From: a virus
Lineage: Duplodnaviria > Caudoviricetes
Reading direction: 5' to 3' (one strand)
IMG/VR virus record: IMGVR_UViG_3300014043_000503
Location: 1-64,000 of that record
Length of the DNA stretch: 64,000 nucleotides
This document shows, piece after piece, positions 40,267 through 50,042 of this stretch (positions are counted from its first letter, which is position 1; each line of letters begins with the position of its first letter). The position numbers and the translations under genes are program-made. Under the pieces are notes generated by a model that saw only the letters and a list, made by a program, of their open reading frames with translations, was not told the origin of the DNA and did not search any database.

Positions 40267-40289
40267 GGTTTTGATATATATATGGTAAA

Positions 40290-40691
40290 TCATGGGATTG
40301 TGCCCTCAGGATCCTCGCCGTCTGAAGCCCCGGCCTCTCCGTCTGTGCTTTCGACGGCTACGATGTCGGCCACGGAAGCGAGACCTTCCTGAACCTTCCT
40401 CAGCAGGATCTCAGCCACGTCACCCTTGATGTCGGTTCCAATGGCCTCGTTCCTCACCTCGGGCATAGGCGGCCTCCTGTGAGGGAAGTCGAACGTGCCG
40501 CACCAAGAGGGCCTGTGCATCCAGTCTGGGTGCAGGAACTCTTCGAATGTCATTGCCGTGCTGCTGATGCTCAGGTACGAGCCTTTCTTCTCAAGCGACA
40601 CATAGTTGTCAACAAGGCTCTCCAGCTCGTCCGCTATCAAGGCCAGCTTCTTGACCTTGCCAATCAGTTCAGTTATCTCTTCCTTGGTCAT
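40290..40691 (-). CDS. Hypothetical protein
   Basis: 133-aa ORF. Confidence 0.6.
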   Translation of the reverse strand: MTKEEITELIGKVKKLALIADELESLVDNYVSLEKKGSYLSISSTAMTFEEFLHPDWMHRPSWCGTFDFPHRRPPMPEVRNEAIGTDIKGDVAEILLRKVQEGLASVADIVAVESTDGEAGASDGEDPEGTIP

Positions 40692-40729
40692 CTTTCAATC
40701 TTTTTGCATATAATAGAAAAATGTGAGCG

Positions 40730-41035
40730 TCACTTTTGCAGCGGGTTGTTGAAACCCTTGAGCTTCCAGCCGTCTTTTTCGCGGTAAACCTTCTGGAACA
40801 GCTCTATCAGCTCCACCATCTCGGAATCCGTCAGCCTCCCGGCGGCGAAATACACGCATCCGTCTATCTTCCTGCAATCCTTGACGGTCATCTCCTCGAT
40901 GTATATCCGTGGCTTGCCGTCCTCACCGACCCTCACCTTCTGCTTGAAATGATCAAGCGGGGCGTTCAGGCTCACAGCCCTGTATCCGGCTGCAAGGTCG
41001 TTGTACTCAAAATGAATCTTCGTTCCAGGTTTCAT
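40730..41035 (-). CDS. Hypothetical protein
   Basis: 101-aa ORF. Confidence 0.6.
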   Translation of the reverse strand: MKPGTKIHFEYNDLAAGYRAVSLNAPLDHFKQKVRVGEDGKPRIYIEEMTVKDCRKIDGCVYFAAGRLTDSEMVELIELFQKVYREKDGWKLKGFNNPLQK

Positions 41036-41592
41036 ATTCCGTTGTCGCTAAGTTTGTGTGCAAATGTGTATTCCTCATCCTCTGCAGGGTCGTCGTGCCA
41101 GCTGTAGATAGTCTCCATCTTCTTCCTGACGTCCTTTGGGATGTCATTGACGTTCCTGTCGCCCATCATCTTCCTCAGGGCCGCTGCAGCCCCTGGCTTC
41201 TTGCCGTCCAGGAAATCGTTGAGGGCCTGTACCGACTTGAAGTCGATGACCTTCTCGATCCTCTTCTTGTTGTTGTACATCTTCCTCTTGACTACGATGC
41301 CCATGCTCTCCAGCCTTCCTATCGTATGGTGTACGAGGACTTCAGAGCATCCGAGGTATTCAGCCATCACCCTTTGCCTTACGATGCAGCTGCCGTGTTT
41401 GCGCTGGTGCCTGAAGATTACTGAGAAAGCCTTCAGCTCCATCTTGTCAAAATACTCGATCAGCACGTTCGGGATCGGGGTCACGTCACCGGTAAACACC
41501 TTGCTGCTCCTTATCGTGTATGCGATATCCGCAACCGGCATTACGATTTCGTTTTCCAGTTCGTTGATTGTCTTCTTCTGAATTACGTCCAT
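41032..41592 (-). CDS. Winged-HTH protein
   Basis: TPIPN...QRVMAEYLGCSEVLVHHTIGRLESMGIV. Confidence 0.65.
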   Translation of the reverse strand: MDVIQKKTINELENEIVMPVADIAYTIRSSKVFTGDVTPIPNVLIEYFDKMELKAFSVIFRHQRKHGSCIVRQRVMAEYLGCSEVLVHHTIGRLESMGIVVKRKMYNNKKRIEKVIDFKSVQALNDFLDGKKPGAAAALRKMMGDRNVNDIPKDVRKKMETIYSWHDDPAEDEEYTFAHKLSDNGI

Positions 41593-41684
41593 AACAAATA
41601 CTTAAAAAATTCTTTAATTAATAGAATAAAATCTTGCCGCAAGTGGAAATTTTTCTTATTTTTGCAGGGGTAAAGGAAATAATT

Positions 41685-42542
41685 ATGGAAAAGACAATGG
41701 AACAGGTCGCGAGGCATCTGGCACTCAGGGCTTACTGCGACGATGACTGGGAGGCTATCAGGGAAATGTTCAAGGGGCGTTTCGGAAAGCTTCCCAGAAG
41801 GGCCATGAGGCCGAAGGGCAAGGAAACCCTTCAGGCTTTCGAGGTCTGGATGAGGGAGGGGCTTGCGGATGGCGACGTGGTCAGGATGGGAGAATACGTC
41901 GGCATTCTCTCTGACAGGGTTTCAAGCCGGTATCTTTCCGCCTTCAGGCTGGGTGAGGGTCATATCGTGGTGGCTGAGAAGATCGTGCTGGATCCCTTGG
42001 AGCCTGTTGACGATGATGTGGTTGAATCCTTCGTGAGCCAGCTGAGGGAGTTCGGCTACAGCTTCAGGGTTTCCATGTCAGCCGTCGTTCCCATCACGCT
42101 CGTCCCGGCTTTCACGAGGGTTTCCTATGACGGCAAGTGTGGAATCATAGGGGGCTACGTGAACAGTACGGTCAGGATGCTTGTGGAGGTTGACGGTGAC
42201 AGGCTGAACCTTGATGCGGAGTATCCTGTCTTCAGCATCGACTTCAAGAATGCCAGCCCCAGGGAGATACGGCTCATAGACCGCGTGCTCCTTGCAAACG
42301 GCCTGAGGTATGATGCAGCGTCGAGGGAACTGAGGAAAGCCGTGTCGAGGGTCGGCAACGGTGAGAAGTTCTGGTATATCAATGAGAACTTCGGCGTGTC
42401 AGCTGCCATCGAGAGACACACCAAGACGCAGGATCTCAGGTATCGCAACGGGAACTACTTCCTTTCATTGTCAAGCGCGATGGATTTCCAGAAGAGGCTT
42501 GCCGAGCTTGTGAAGGGGTATGAAAAAGGGACTGGCGATTGA
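41685..42542 (+). CDS. Hypothetical protein
   Basis: Start MEKTMEQ; TATTTTTG -7 element at 41657; hairpin terminator at the end. Confidence 0.65.
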   Translation: MEKTMEQVARHLALRAYCDDDWEAIREMFKGRFGKLPRRAMRPKGKETLQAFEVWMREGLADGDVVRMGEYVGILSDRVSSRYLSAFRLGEGHIVVAEKIVLDPLEPVDDDVVESFVSQLREFGYSFRVSMSAVVPITLVPAFTRVSYDGKCGIIGGYVNSTVRMLVEVDGDRLNLDAEYPVFSIDFKNASPREIRLIDRVLLANGLRYDAASRELRKAVSRVGNGEKFWYINENFGVSAAIERHTKTQDLRYRNGNYFLSLSSAMDFQKRLAELVKGYEKGTGD

Positions 42543-42580
42543 CCAGTCCCAAACAGCAAAAAATGAAACCAAAGGCAGCC

Positions 42581-43336
42581 TCACGGCTGTTTGTCTATGA
42601 CGGAAGCCTGTCCAAGCTCCCCGTTCAGCTTCCTTATCTTCTCAGCGGAGAATGAATACTGGGTTATCGGCCATTGCTTCCTACCCTGAAGGCATGAAAG
42701 CAGCCTCTTCTCTGATATATAGAAATAATCCTTGTATATCCTTGCAAATTCCCTGAAGTATCGTTCCTCCTTGCCGTCTTCAAGGGTGTGCTTCTGACAG
42801 TACTTCATCCAGCAATATACCAGCACCTCCACATCGGTCAGCAGATCCCAGCCGTCCTTGGTTCCGTCTGCCAGCTTCATGATGGCATCTGAATAGCGCC
42901 TGTTGTCCTGGAACGTCAGCTTTATGTCTTCGGGTTCCTCCTCAGTCACGTTGTTGAAGAGTTCCTTCGTTATCGTCACGTCACCGTCCTGTACGGTCTT
43001 GATGGTGTCGGCAAGCTTCGCATAGTCGATGCTGCCAGCCTTCCTTATGGAATACGGCTTTCCGAATATCTCCACCGCGCTCTCACTCTCGGCAGCCTCG
43101 CGAAAGTCTGAGAGGCATTCCCTCAGCATCAGTTTCAGCATGTGCGCCGGAACGGTCATCCCGAACAGGTCATCCGGCTTCTGTTTCCCCGTCTCATCGT
43201 CATCTTCTGCAAAGAGGATATCCGAGAGAGACGATATGAGATAGGCCGTGAACAGCATGTACGGGTTCCCGCTTATATCCCTCGTCCTGTGCAGCATCAG
43301 GTAGAAGTCGTTTACGGAATAGGCTTTGTACTTCAT
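42581..43336 (-). CDS. Hypothetical protein
   Basis: 251-aa ORF. Confidence 0.65.
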   Translation of the reverse strand: MKYKAYSVNDFYLMLHRTRDISGNPYMLFTAYLISSLSDILFAEDDDETGKQKPDDLFGMTVPAHMLKLMLRECLSDFREAAESESAVEIFGKPYSIRKAGSIDYAKLADTIKTVQDGDVTITKELFNNVTEEEPEDIKLTFQDNRRYSDAIMKLADGTKDGWDLLTDVEVLVYCWMKYCQKHTLEDGKEERYFREFARIYKDYFYISEKRLLSCLQGRKQWPITQYSFSAEKIRKLNGELGQASVIDKQP

Positions 43337-43337
43337 G

Positions 43338-43721
43338 TCAGTTTGCTTTTTGGTTTATGTTTATTTCAACGGCCTTCCTTCCCAGCTTCTCAAGCTCGCT
43401 GATCAGCCCGAGCCTTACGCCTTCGCTTTTCTTGGCCTGCTCAAAGACGATATCCATGAAGACGTTGAACAGCCTGATAGCCGGATTTTCGTTCTCGTCA
43501 TTCTCAATGCAAAGGTTCAATATCTCCGAATATGCCCCGCCGATATAGTTCATGTCCTTGTAATCACCCTTGTTGCAGCTGTCGAGGACGGACACTATGC
43601 CGCTCTTCTTGTGGATTGCGACGGCTGAGTAGGCGTATTCGTCACCGAAGATGTCAATGACCTTCTTGATGGCAGATTCCATTCTTTCCTGTTCCTTTTT
43701 CTTTGATTGGGTCTCTTTCAT
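43338..43721 (-). CDS. Hypothetical protein
   Basis: Start MKETQSK. Confidence 0.6.
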   Translation of the reverse strand: MKETQSKKKEQERMESAIKKVIDIFGDEYAYSAVAIHKKSGIVSVLDSCNKGDYKDMNYIGGAYSEILNLCIENDENENPAIRLFNVFMDIVFEQAKKSEGVRLGLISELEKLGRKAVEININQKAN

Positions 43722-44371
43722 TTTCTCTTTGATTTTGAGTTGTTTATGATTCTTTGTTTTAATTTCCTGTCCTTTCCGAAATCCACCTCCTTGAGATAGT
43801 CCCAGAAATCCCTTATCTCCGTTCCGAAGTTCAGGAATGACGGACACATCTCGTCGCCCGTCCTCCAGTCCTTCGGAATCCTTGAGATGATTTCGGCCTC
43901 ATCCTCGTCCCACCACTTGTAGAACAGGCAATGATACCTGTCCATGCAGTAGCGGTTCTTGCAGATGCCACCCCTCTTGCGAAGTATCCTGTAGGCCCTT
44001 GGCGTTATGATCCAGGCGGTGTCAGGCAGTTCTTCGCGGAAATTCTCAGGCACCGTTCCTATGAGCCATGCGTCGTTTGTGCTGACGGCCGTGAAGTCCT
44101 TTCTCATGATGCAGAACTTCTTTCCGTCCATCCCGAGCATTGCCGGCCTTTTCATCCTACCCTGTTCGGGCAGCAGGAGGTAGCACTTGCCGCCAATCAC
44201 GTCGTACTTCCTTTTCTTCCTGACGATTCCAGACCAGAAGGCGCATTCCCAGCACAGGCATTCCTTGAGCATTTTCCTATGCACCTTGGATGACCTGCTG
44301 AAGTATAGGTCTGGTATGCGCTTCCCGCATTTCTCGCAGACTATATACGTGATGGTCAGCGTCCGCTTCAT
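43718..44371 (-). CDS. Cys-rich putative zinc-binding protein
   Basis: CEKC, CWEC, C...C.DRYHC. Confidence 0.6.
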   Translation of the reverse strand: MKRTLTITYIVCEKCGKRIPDLYFSRSSKVHRKMLKECLCWECAFWSGIVRKKRKYDVIGGKCYLLLPEQGRMKRPAMLGMDGKKFCIMRKDFTAVSTNDAWLIGTVPENFREELPDTAWIITPRAYRILRKRGGICKNRYCMDRYHCLFYKWWDEDEAEIISRIPKDWRTGDEMCPSFLNFGTEIRDFWDYLKEVDFGKDRKLKQRIINNSKSKRK

Positions 44372-44955
44372 GCGCTGATGGAGTTGAATATCTCGTCCGT
44401 CTCCTGCTTCCTCAGGCCGATATATACCTGTGTGATCTTGATGCTTGAGTGGTGGAAGATATAGTTCAGCCTTATCAGGGCCTCGTCGGTTCTGCCCATC
44501 TTGTCATAGACGTACCGCCCGAAGGTCTTCCTGAAGGTGTGCGAGGAGAAGTTTCCTATCTTCAGCGAGTATTTTTCCTTCCACTGCTTGCAGAGCCTGT
44601 TGATGTACTGCCTTGAGACGGAGCTTCCCGTAATCGGTGAGTAGAGGATGCACTTGTCGCGTATGGGATATCCGGCAAGCTCATACAGGTTTGCCAGCCT
44701 TTCAGACACGCTCTTGCTGATGGGGATGCTCCTTGTCTTCTTGGTCTTCTTTTCCGTGATGATCACGCTGTCCCTGTCCAAGACGTCCATCCATCTGATG
44801 TTAAGTACGTCTGAGATACGCAGCGCGAGGCAGAAGGAGAGCAGGCAATATGCGCATTGCTTGTACTTTCCGTCTTTCTCCAGGCAGTCGAGTAGTCTCT
44901 GAAACTCTTCGTAGGACAAATAGTCCGCTGTTGTAATTGAATTTTTCTTGCTCAT
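44368..44955 (-). CDS. Small tyrosine recombinase (catalytic domain only)
   Basis: LRISDVL, EKKTKK, SHTFRKTFG, HSSIKITQVYIG. Confidence 0.88.
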   Translation of the reverse strand: MSKKNSITTADYLSYEEFQRLLDCLEKDGKYKQCAYCLLSFCLALRISDVLNIRWMDVLDRDSVIITEKKTKKTRSIPISKSVSERLANLYELAGYPIRDKCILYSPITGSSVSRQYINRLCKQWKEKYSLKIGNFSSHTFRKTFGRYVYDKMGRTDEALIRLNYIFHHSSIKITQVYIGLRKQETDEIFNSISA

Positions 44956-45147
44956 TTTTGTTTCACTTTTGCTTTGTTACGGCGGCAAAATTAAGCATTG
45001 CCCGAGACAAAAGCAAGCGATTGCGCTTTTATTGTTGTTAATTGTTGTTAAGCGGTTGTATTCGGTTGGTTTATAGAGAGGTACGCGAAAAAAATTAAAA
45101 AGGTGCTGCCGTCAAGACAACACCTGTCACGATAGTCTGGGAGCAAG

Positions 45148-45591
45148 CTATTTCGTACCGCTGTGTCCGAAACCGCCCTCTCCCCTCTCGGTCTCTTCAA
45201 GCTCGTCAACCGGAACCCATTCAACGGTCTCACATCTTGCCACGACCAACTGGGCGATCCTGTCACCGTTCCTGATGATGAAATCCTCAAATCCGTGGTT
45301 AATGAGGATAACACCCACATCACTCCTATAGTCCGCGTCAATCGTGCCGACTCCATTCAGTACGGCAACACCGAACTTGATGGCCAGTCCGCTTCTTGAT
45401 CTTACCTGAGCCTCGTAGCCTTCAGGAAGCTGGATTCTTATCCCAGTTGGAATAAGTGCGCGGCCACCCGGCTTGAGAAGGACATCTTCCTTCAGGTTGG
45501 CACGCAAGTCCATTCCTGCGCTTCCTGGCGTTGCATACTCCGGCAATGGGTTTGCAGAGCAGTTAATTACTTTAATCTTGATTTTTTCCAT
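45148..45591 (-). CDS. dut: dUTPase (trimeric type)
   Basis: AGMDL, RSGLA, GTIDADYR, GDRIAQL, RGEGGFGHSG. Confidence 0.95.
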   Translation of the reverse strand: MEKIKIKVINCSANPLPEYATPGSAGMDLRANLKEDVLLKPGGRALIPTGIRIQLPEGYEAQVRSRSGLAIKFGVAVLNGVGTIDADYRSDVGVILINHGFEDFIIRNGDRIAQLVVARCETVEWVPVDELEETERGEGGFGHSGTK

Positions 45592-45947
45592 TCCTTATAA
45601 TTGTTTGATTTGACATAGTTGAACCTGTTGGTGTATTGGCTTTCAGGGATTATCTGCTTCGGCTTCATCTTGGACGTGAGGTAGATCGGATAGTCGTTTC
45701 CCAGCACCTCGTCAAAGTCTATCAGCCTGAGAACCCCGATGTCATCGAAGTCTATGATGATTTCGTCGGGGATGCTCCTGACGTACAGCTTCCTGACAGC
45801 CACGACCTCACCCTTACACGCCCTTCTCAGCACTTGCGGGGTGACGTTGAGTATTTCAGCAGCCGTCGATATGGAGTTAAATATTGCCACAAGCTTCAGG
45901 TTTCCGTCGAAGGCCGCTATCTTCTTTGCCGTGAAGTCACCCATCAT
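45567..45947 (-). CDS. NUMOD1-like DNA-binding protein
   Basis: LVAIFNSISTAAEILNV...LRRACKG. Confidence 0.5.
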   Translation of the reverse strand: MMGDFTAKKIAAFDGNLKLVAIFNSISTAAEILNVTPQVLRRACKGEVVAVRKLYVRSIPDEIIIDFDDIGVLRLIDFDEVLGNDYPIYLTSKMKPKQIIPESQYTNRFNYVKSNNYKEWKKSRLK

Positions 45948-46393
45948 TCATCTCGCTGTTTGATAAGTTCCTTGAGGAATTCGGTGGGCACCCTTGATAC
46001 TGTGAGTGACATTACATGGTGGTCGCTGTAGGCCACCCCGTCGGTCATCGCGTCCGAGAAGATCTGCATCATGTGGAGGAACCCGCTTGGGTCTGCGAAC
46101 ATGAGGAATATGAATGCGAGGTACTGGTTCATGAGCAGGTGCCTGCTTGGTGTCAGATACCACAAGGTTCCGGGTTCTACCATCCCGCTCTCAATCAGCC
46201 GTGACACATAGATCTTGTTGAACTTCTGGAACGTCTCAAACGAGAATGAAAGTTCAAAGGTCTCGCAATACTCGGTGGCATCAAACACCATCGTACCGTC
46301 TGGAACCTCACCGAAATGCAGTTGCGGGAAGTCCAGCAGCGCGGATTCGGTGAACGTCACGTCTTTCTTCAGGTCGTTCAGCTTCCAGTTCAT
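45944..46393 (-). CDS. Hypothetical protein
   Basis: 149-aa ORF (FPQLHFG...FDATEY). Confidence 0.6.
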   Translation of the reverse strand: MNWKLNDLKKDVTFTESALLDFPQLHFGEVPDGTMVFDATEYCETFELSFSFETFQKFNKIYVSRLIESGMVEPGTLWYLTPSRHLLMNQYLAFIFLMFADPSGFLHMMQIFSDAMTDGVAYSDHHVMSLTVSRVPTEFLKELIKQRDE

Positions 46394-46917
46394 AGCGGTC
46401 TCCGTTTAGCCTCAACGACTTCAGGCAGCATGAAGAGCGAATCGGCATTGTCGAGCTTGTTGCTGACCACCTTGAAACTGTCTGAGGTCATTTTGTACTT
46501 CTTGTTCATGTAGTCCTTCAGGTATCTGTCAGCGGCAGCACTCGTGGATGCAGGGACAAGGTATTCCTCGGTCGAATCCTTCTCATCCTCGCCACCGAAT
46601 ATCTTCACTTTGATAAGGAAGAACCCGGCCTGCTCATCGTCGAAGAAAGACTCTGAGAGTCCGCAGGTGATGTTCTCTTCCTCTGCCACGGAGTCGTTCA
46701 GGAGGATGTTTCCGAGGACTATCTTTGTCTTGATAATCTCGTAATCGCATTCGTCGTACCTTGAGAACTCTCGCTTCTCGATGATTGAGTTCACAAGTTT
46801 CTCAGCGTCCGTGTAGTTTGCACATTGGGCAAGCAACTCCAGTTTCTTCTTTGTAAGATCGCCGTTTTCCTTCTCGCCCGTATAGGAAAACTTGAATCTG
46901 AAAATCGAATATCTCAT
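46390..46917 (-). CDS. DUF4494-like protein
   Basis: F..KFSY..EKENG..KKK.ELL....YTDAE and a repeated second half. Confidence 0.6.
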   Translation of the reverse strand: MRYSIFRFKFSYTGEKENGDLTKKKLELLAQCANYTDAEKLVNSIIEKREFSRYDECDYEIIKTKIVLGNILLNDSVAEEENITCGLSESFFDDEQAGFFLIKVKIFGGEDEKDSTEEYLVPASTSAAADRYLKDYMNKKYKMTSDSFKVVSNKLDNADSLFMLPEVVEAKRRPL

Positions 46918-47103
46918 AATTTTAAAGTTTAAAACGCCCTATAATAGAATAGTTGGAAACAGGAAATTTTTGGAAAGCCTATAAAATATGTTAATTTGAG
47001 AGGAAAAATCGGAAACAGGAAAATAGTCTGGCTTGTTTCCCAGCGCTTCCTACAGGAAATAGAAAGGTCGATTTTTGTCTATTACCTTTAAAAATTTATC
47101 GAC

Positions 47104-48513
47104 ATGAGAAAGAGAACCGACAACATATCGACTGGCGATTTCTTTGCCACCCATCCGATAGTGTCTTACTACAACGAAGTCAAGAAGACAATCAACGACT
47201 ATGTGCAGGAGCTCATCAGGCACAACCGCTACAAGAGCATCGTGAACCAGTCGGAGGACGGCTATGTCCTTGATGACAGGGGAAGGCTGATAGACCTCTA
47301 TGATTCCTGCATCCTTCAGGACGCCCACCTTCTCGGAACCATCGAGACCCTTTCCTCGTACCTCATAGGCGAACAGTACATGCTTGCCAGGAGGAGCGAG
47401 GGCGGCAAGTGGAAGATGGACGATGACGAGACGGCGAAGATACAGGGAACCCAGTTCGAGAAGATCATCACGGGTATCATGTATGCCGTGTTCTACGGCT
47501 ACACCCTCATTGAGATCAAGCAGGACATCGACCCTGAGACCGGAAGGCTGAAGGAGGTGAACCTGATTGAGAGGAGGAACGTTCTCCCCGGCCAGCACCG
47601 CGTGGTTCTCAGGGAACATGAGTGGGATCCTGGCTACAACATTGACGATAAGCGATTCAACAAGAACTACGTGCTGATTGACACCGGCGGCCTCGGCCTT
47701 TTCTCGGCCACCACCCCGCTCGTGCTCGCCAAGAAGTTCACCATTGCCAACTGGGTTAACTTCGCCCACACCTACGGCCAGCCCATCATCCACGGAAAGA
47801 CGAATGCCGAGGACGAGGCGAGCCGCAAGAGGCTGGCAGGCTCCATTGCCAATGCAGCCCAGAAGAAGGTGCTTGTCACGGGAAAGGAGGATGAGGTTGA
47901 CGTGAAGACGTTCGTCACCTCCAACTCTGAGCAAATATACGACAAGCTGAAGGCCCATGCCAACTCCGAGATTTCAAACCTCATCCTCGGTTCCGAGTCG
48001 ATGGCCGGTGCAACCCAGTCCTACGTCGGCTCCACCAAGGCGCATGAGGACATTTTCCGTGCAAGGCTGAAGAAATACCGCCGTGTCATTGAGAACTACA
48101 TGAACGAGAAGGTCATCCCAGTCCTGAAATACTGGGACATCATAGCCGATGACGTATGGTTCAAGTATCGCAAGCGTGTCGAGATGTCGGACGAGAACAA
48201 GATCAAGCTCTATGACGTGCTGACCAACAAGTACAGGGTTGACGCTGACATGATCGAGGATGAGTTCGGTGTCATGGTCGGCGAGCAGTTCAATGACATG
48301 GAGGGCATGCTCGGAGAGACCGGGACGGCTGGGCTTGCTGAAGGTGAGAGCGAAAACGACCACCATATCATGAGCGACGAGGAATACATGAGGCGATATG
48401 GCCATCCGAGGGGTGTCAAGAAATCCACTTCCAACAAGGACAACAACAAGAACACCGAGGAAACCGAGGAGGTAGAGGACAGGATAAATTTTCTAAGAGG
48501 GATGCAGGGATAG
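47104..48513 (+). CDS. Portal protein (DUF935, Mu gp29-like)
   Basis: DAHL, FYGYTLIE, W..FA..YGQP, NSEISNLILG, HE motifs. Confidence 0.85.
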   Translation: MRKRTDNISTGDFFATHPIVSYYNEVKKTINDYVQELIRHNRYKSIVNQSEDGYVLDDRGRLIDLYDSCILQDAHLLGTIETLSSYLIGEQYMLARRSEGGKWKMDDDETAKIQGTQFEKIITGIMYAVFYGYTLIEIKQDIDPETGRLKEVNLIERRNVLPGQHRVVLREHEWDPGYNIDDKRFNKNYVLIDTGGLGLFSATTPLVLAKKFTIANWVNFAHTYGQPIIHGKTNAEDEASRKRLAGSIANAAQKKVLVTGKEDEVDVKTFVTSNSEQIYDKLKAHANSEISNLILGSESMAGATQSYVGSTKAHEDIFRARLKKYRRVIENYMNEKVIPVLKYWDIIADDVWFKYRKRVEMSDENKIKLYDVLTNKYRVDADMIEDEFGVMVGEQFNDMEGMLGETGTAGLAEGESENDHHIMSDEEYMRRYGHPRGVKKSTSNKDNNKNTEETEEVEDRINFLRGMQG

Positions 48514-49400
48514 GCTCCTGTATCTCTAAGATATACGATGCCTTGAACAAGAACAGCAAGGAGGAGAACGATGCCGACTATGCCGAGCTCCTTGCCCTTT
48601 TTATTGCCTTGCTGAAGGTGATGGGCGATGAGAAGAAACGCATTGCAGCGCTTCAGGCTTTGGCTGCAAAGAGGGCCTATCACGGTATCAAGTATGCTGC
48701 AAGGGCTTTCAGGATGGTTCCAGAAGAAGTCAAGCTGCTGCTGAGGAATACCGAGGACAATACGCTGACGAAGGAGGATATTGAGAAGCGTGACAGGCTT
48801 GTGGCCGCCGTTGACAATATCATAGCCTTTTCCGTAGCGGAGGAATACCAGCTCTATAGGAAGGCCGATGCCGTGGACGGTGTGGACTTCAACGACATAG
48901 ACTGGAACGACCCTGACGAGATGGCTGAATACTATGACCTTTGCGAGACCTACAACAAGCGGTATGCAGCCGTTGAGAACTCCGACATAGAATATGCCAT
49001 GACCGTTGCATGGAGCTGGATTCACTGGGGAGCCAACCAGCTCATAACCTACTGGACTCAGAACGATGACCGCGTGAGGCCGTGGCACTTTGCGCTTCAG
49101 GGATATTCTGCAAGGAGGGATGATTTCCCCGAATGGATGATACCGCCTATTGAGTGGGGCTGCCGCTGCTTCCTCATCATTGGCGACGATGAATACTACA
49201 ATAAGCTGAACGTGAAGCAGGTTGTCGGCAAGGCTCCTGAGAAGCCGAAGCAGATAGACGGCATCTTCAGCGAGAGCGTTGCGAAGTGCGGGAGGATATT
49301 CGGGGAGAAGCATCCGTACTTCACCATCAAGTCATCCGACAAGGATATGCTTCAGGAAATGGTTGACAACATAAAGAAGGAGTGGTATGGCAACACCTAA
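48486..49400 (+). CDS. Minor head protein (Mu gpF/SPP1 gp7-like), possibly made as a portal fusion by -1 frameshift
   Basis: DDRVRPWH...PPIEWGCRC; frame open from the slippery site at 48486; first start codon is TTG at 48543. Confidence 0.8.
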   Translation, partial: KFSKRDAGIGSCISKIYDALNKNSKEENDADYAELLALFIALLKVMGDEKKRIAALQALAAKRAYHGIKYAARAFRMVPEEVKLLLRNTEDNTLTKEDIEKRDRLVAAVDNIIAFSVAEEYQLYRKADAVDGVDFNDIDWNDPDEMAEYYDLCETYNKRYAAVENSDIEYAMTVAWSWIHWGANQLITYWTQNDDRVRPWHFALQGYSARRDDFPEWMIPPIEWGCRCFLIIGDDEYYNKLNVKQVVGKAPEKPKQIDGIFSESVAKCGRIFGEKHPYFTIKSSDKDMLQEMVDNIKKEWYGNT

Positions 49401-50034
49401 GAAAAGCTCCGCGTTCATCTTCAATCTCACGAAGGGAAAGAAGAAGACCTTTGAGATCACCTTCGACCAGATGGCGACCCAGATAGCGAACCTTCCAGAA
49501 TACGTTAGGCTTGCGAGCCTCAACTTCACAGTTGACCTCAGCAGGAAGGCGAGGGATGTCTTTCAGGAGCGCTTTGACAAGAATTATCAGGGATTCCATG
49601 ACCGCTGGGCAAAATTGGCGGATGCAACGGTAAGGAAGAGAAAGTGGATGATGAATAAGTTTCCAAGTTTCACTGAGGGAGCTTCAGAGAAAATCCTGAC
49701 CAACTTCGGCACGCTGAGAAGGTCGATCAAGATAAACGACAGCCTTGGATACAATACGCCCACAAGGACGATGCGCAGGGTATATACCGACCCCAGGGAA
49801 TTTGCCAACTCACCGATTCACAAGGGATTCAACTATGCCGGAATCATGCAGACTGGAAGACCCGCTGGCAATGGAAGAGTGAAAGCCATCCCTGCAAGGC
49901 CGTTCATGGGACACCACAGGTTCATAGATGAATGGAGTGAAGAGCGGATAGACAAATACCTTCTCAGGTCAGTGTTTACCGAGACTGGAGGCTTTGGCAT
50001 GAAGGGTGATCTTCCATTTAACATCAAAAAATAG
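49387..50034 (+). CDS. Virion morphogenesis (neck) protein
   Basis: W.KL...T..RK, GTLRRSI, YAGI, IPARPFMG. Confidence 0.75.
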   Translation: MATPKKSSAFIFNLTKGKKKTFEITFDQMATQIANLPEYVRLASLNFTVDLSRKARDVFQERFDKNYQGFHDRWAKLADATVRKRKWMMNKFPSFTEGASEKILTNFGTLRRSIKINDSLGYNTPTRTMRRVYTDPREFANSPIHKGFNYAGIMQTGRPAGNGRVKAIPARPFMGHHRFIDEWSEERIDKYLLRSVFTETGGFGMKGDLPFNIKK

Positions 50035-50042
50035 GTAGCGCA

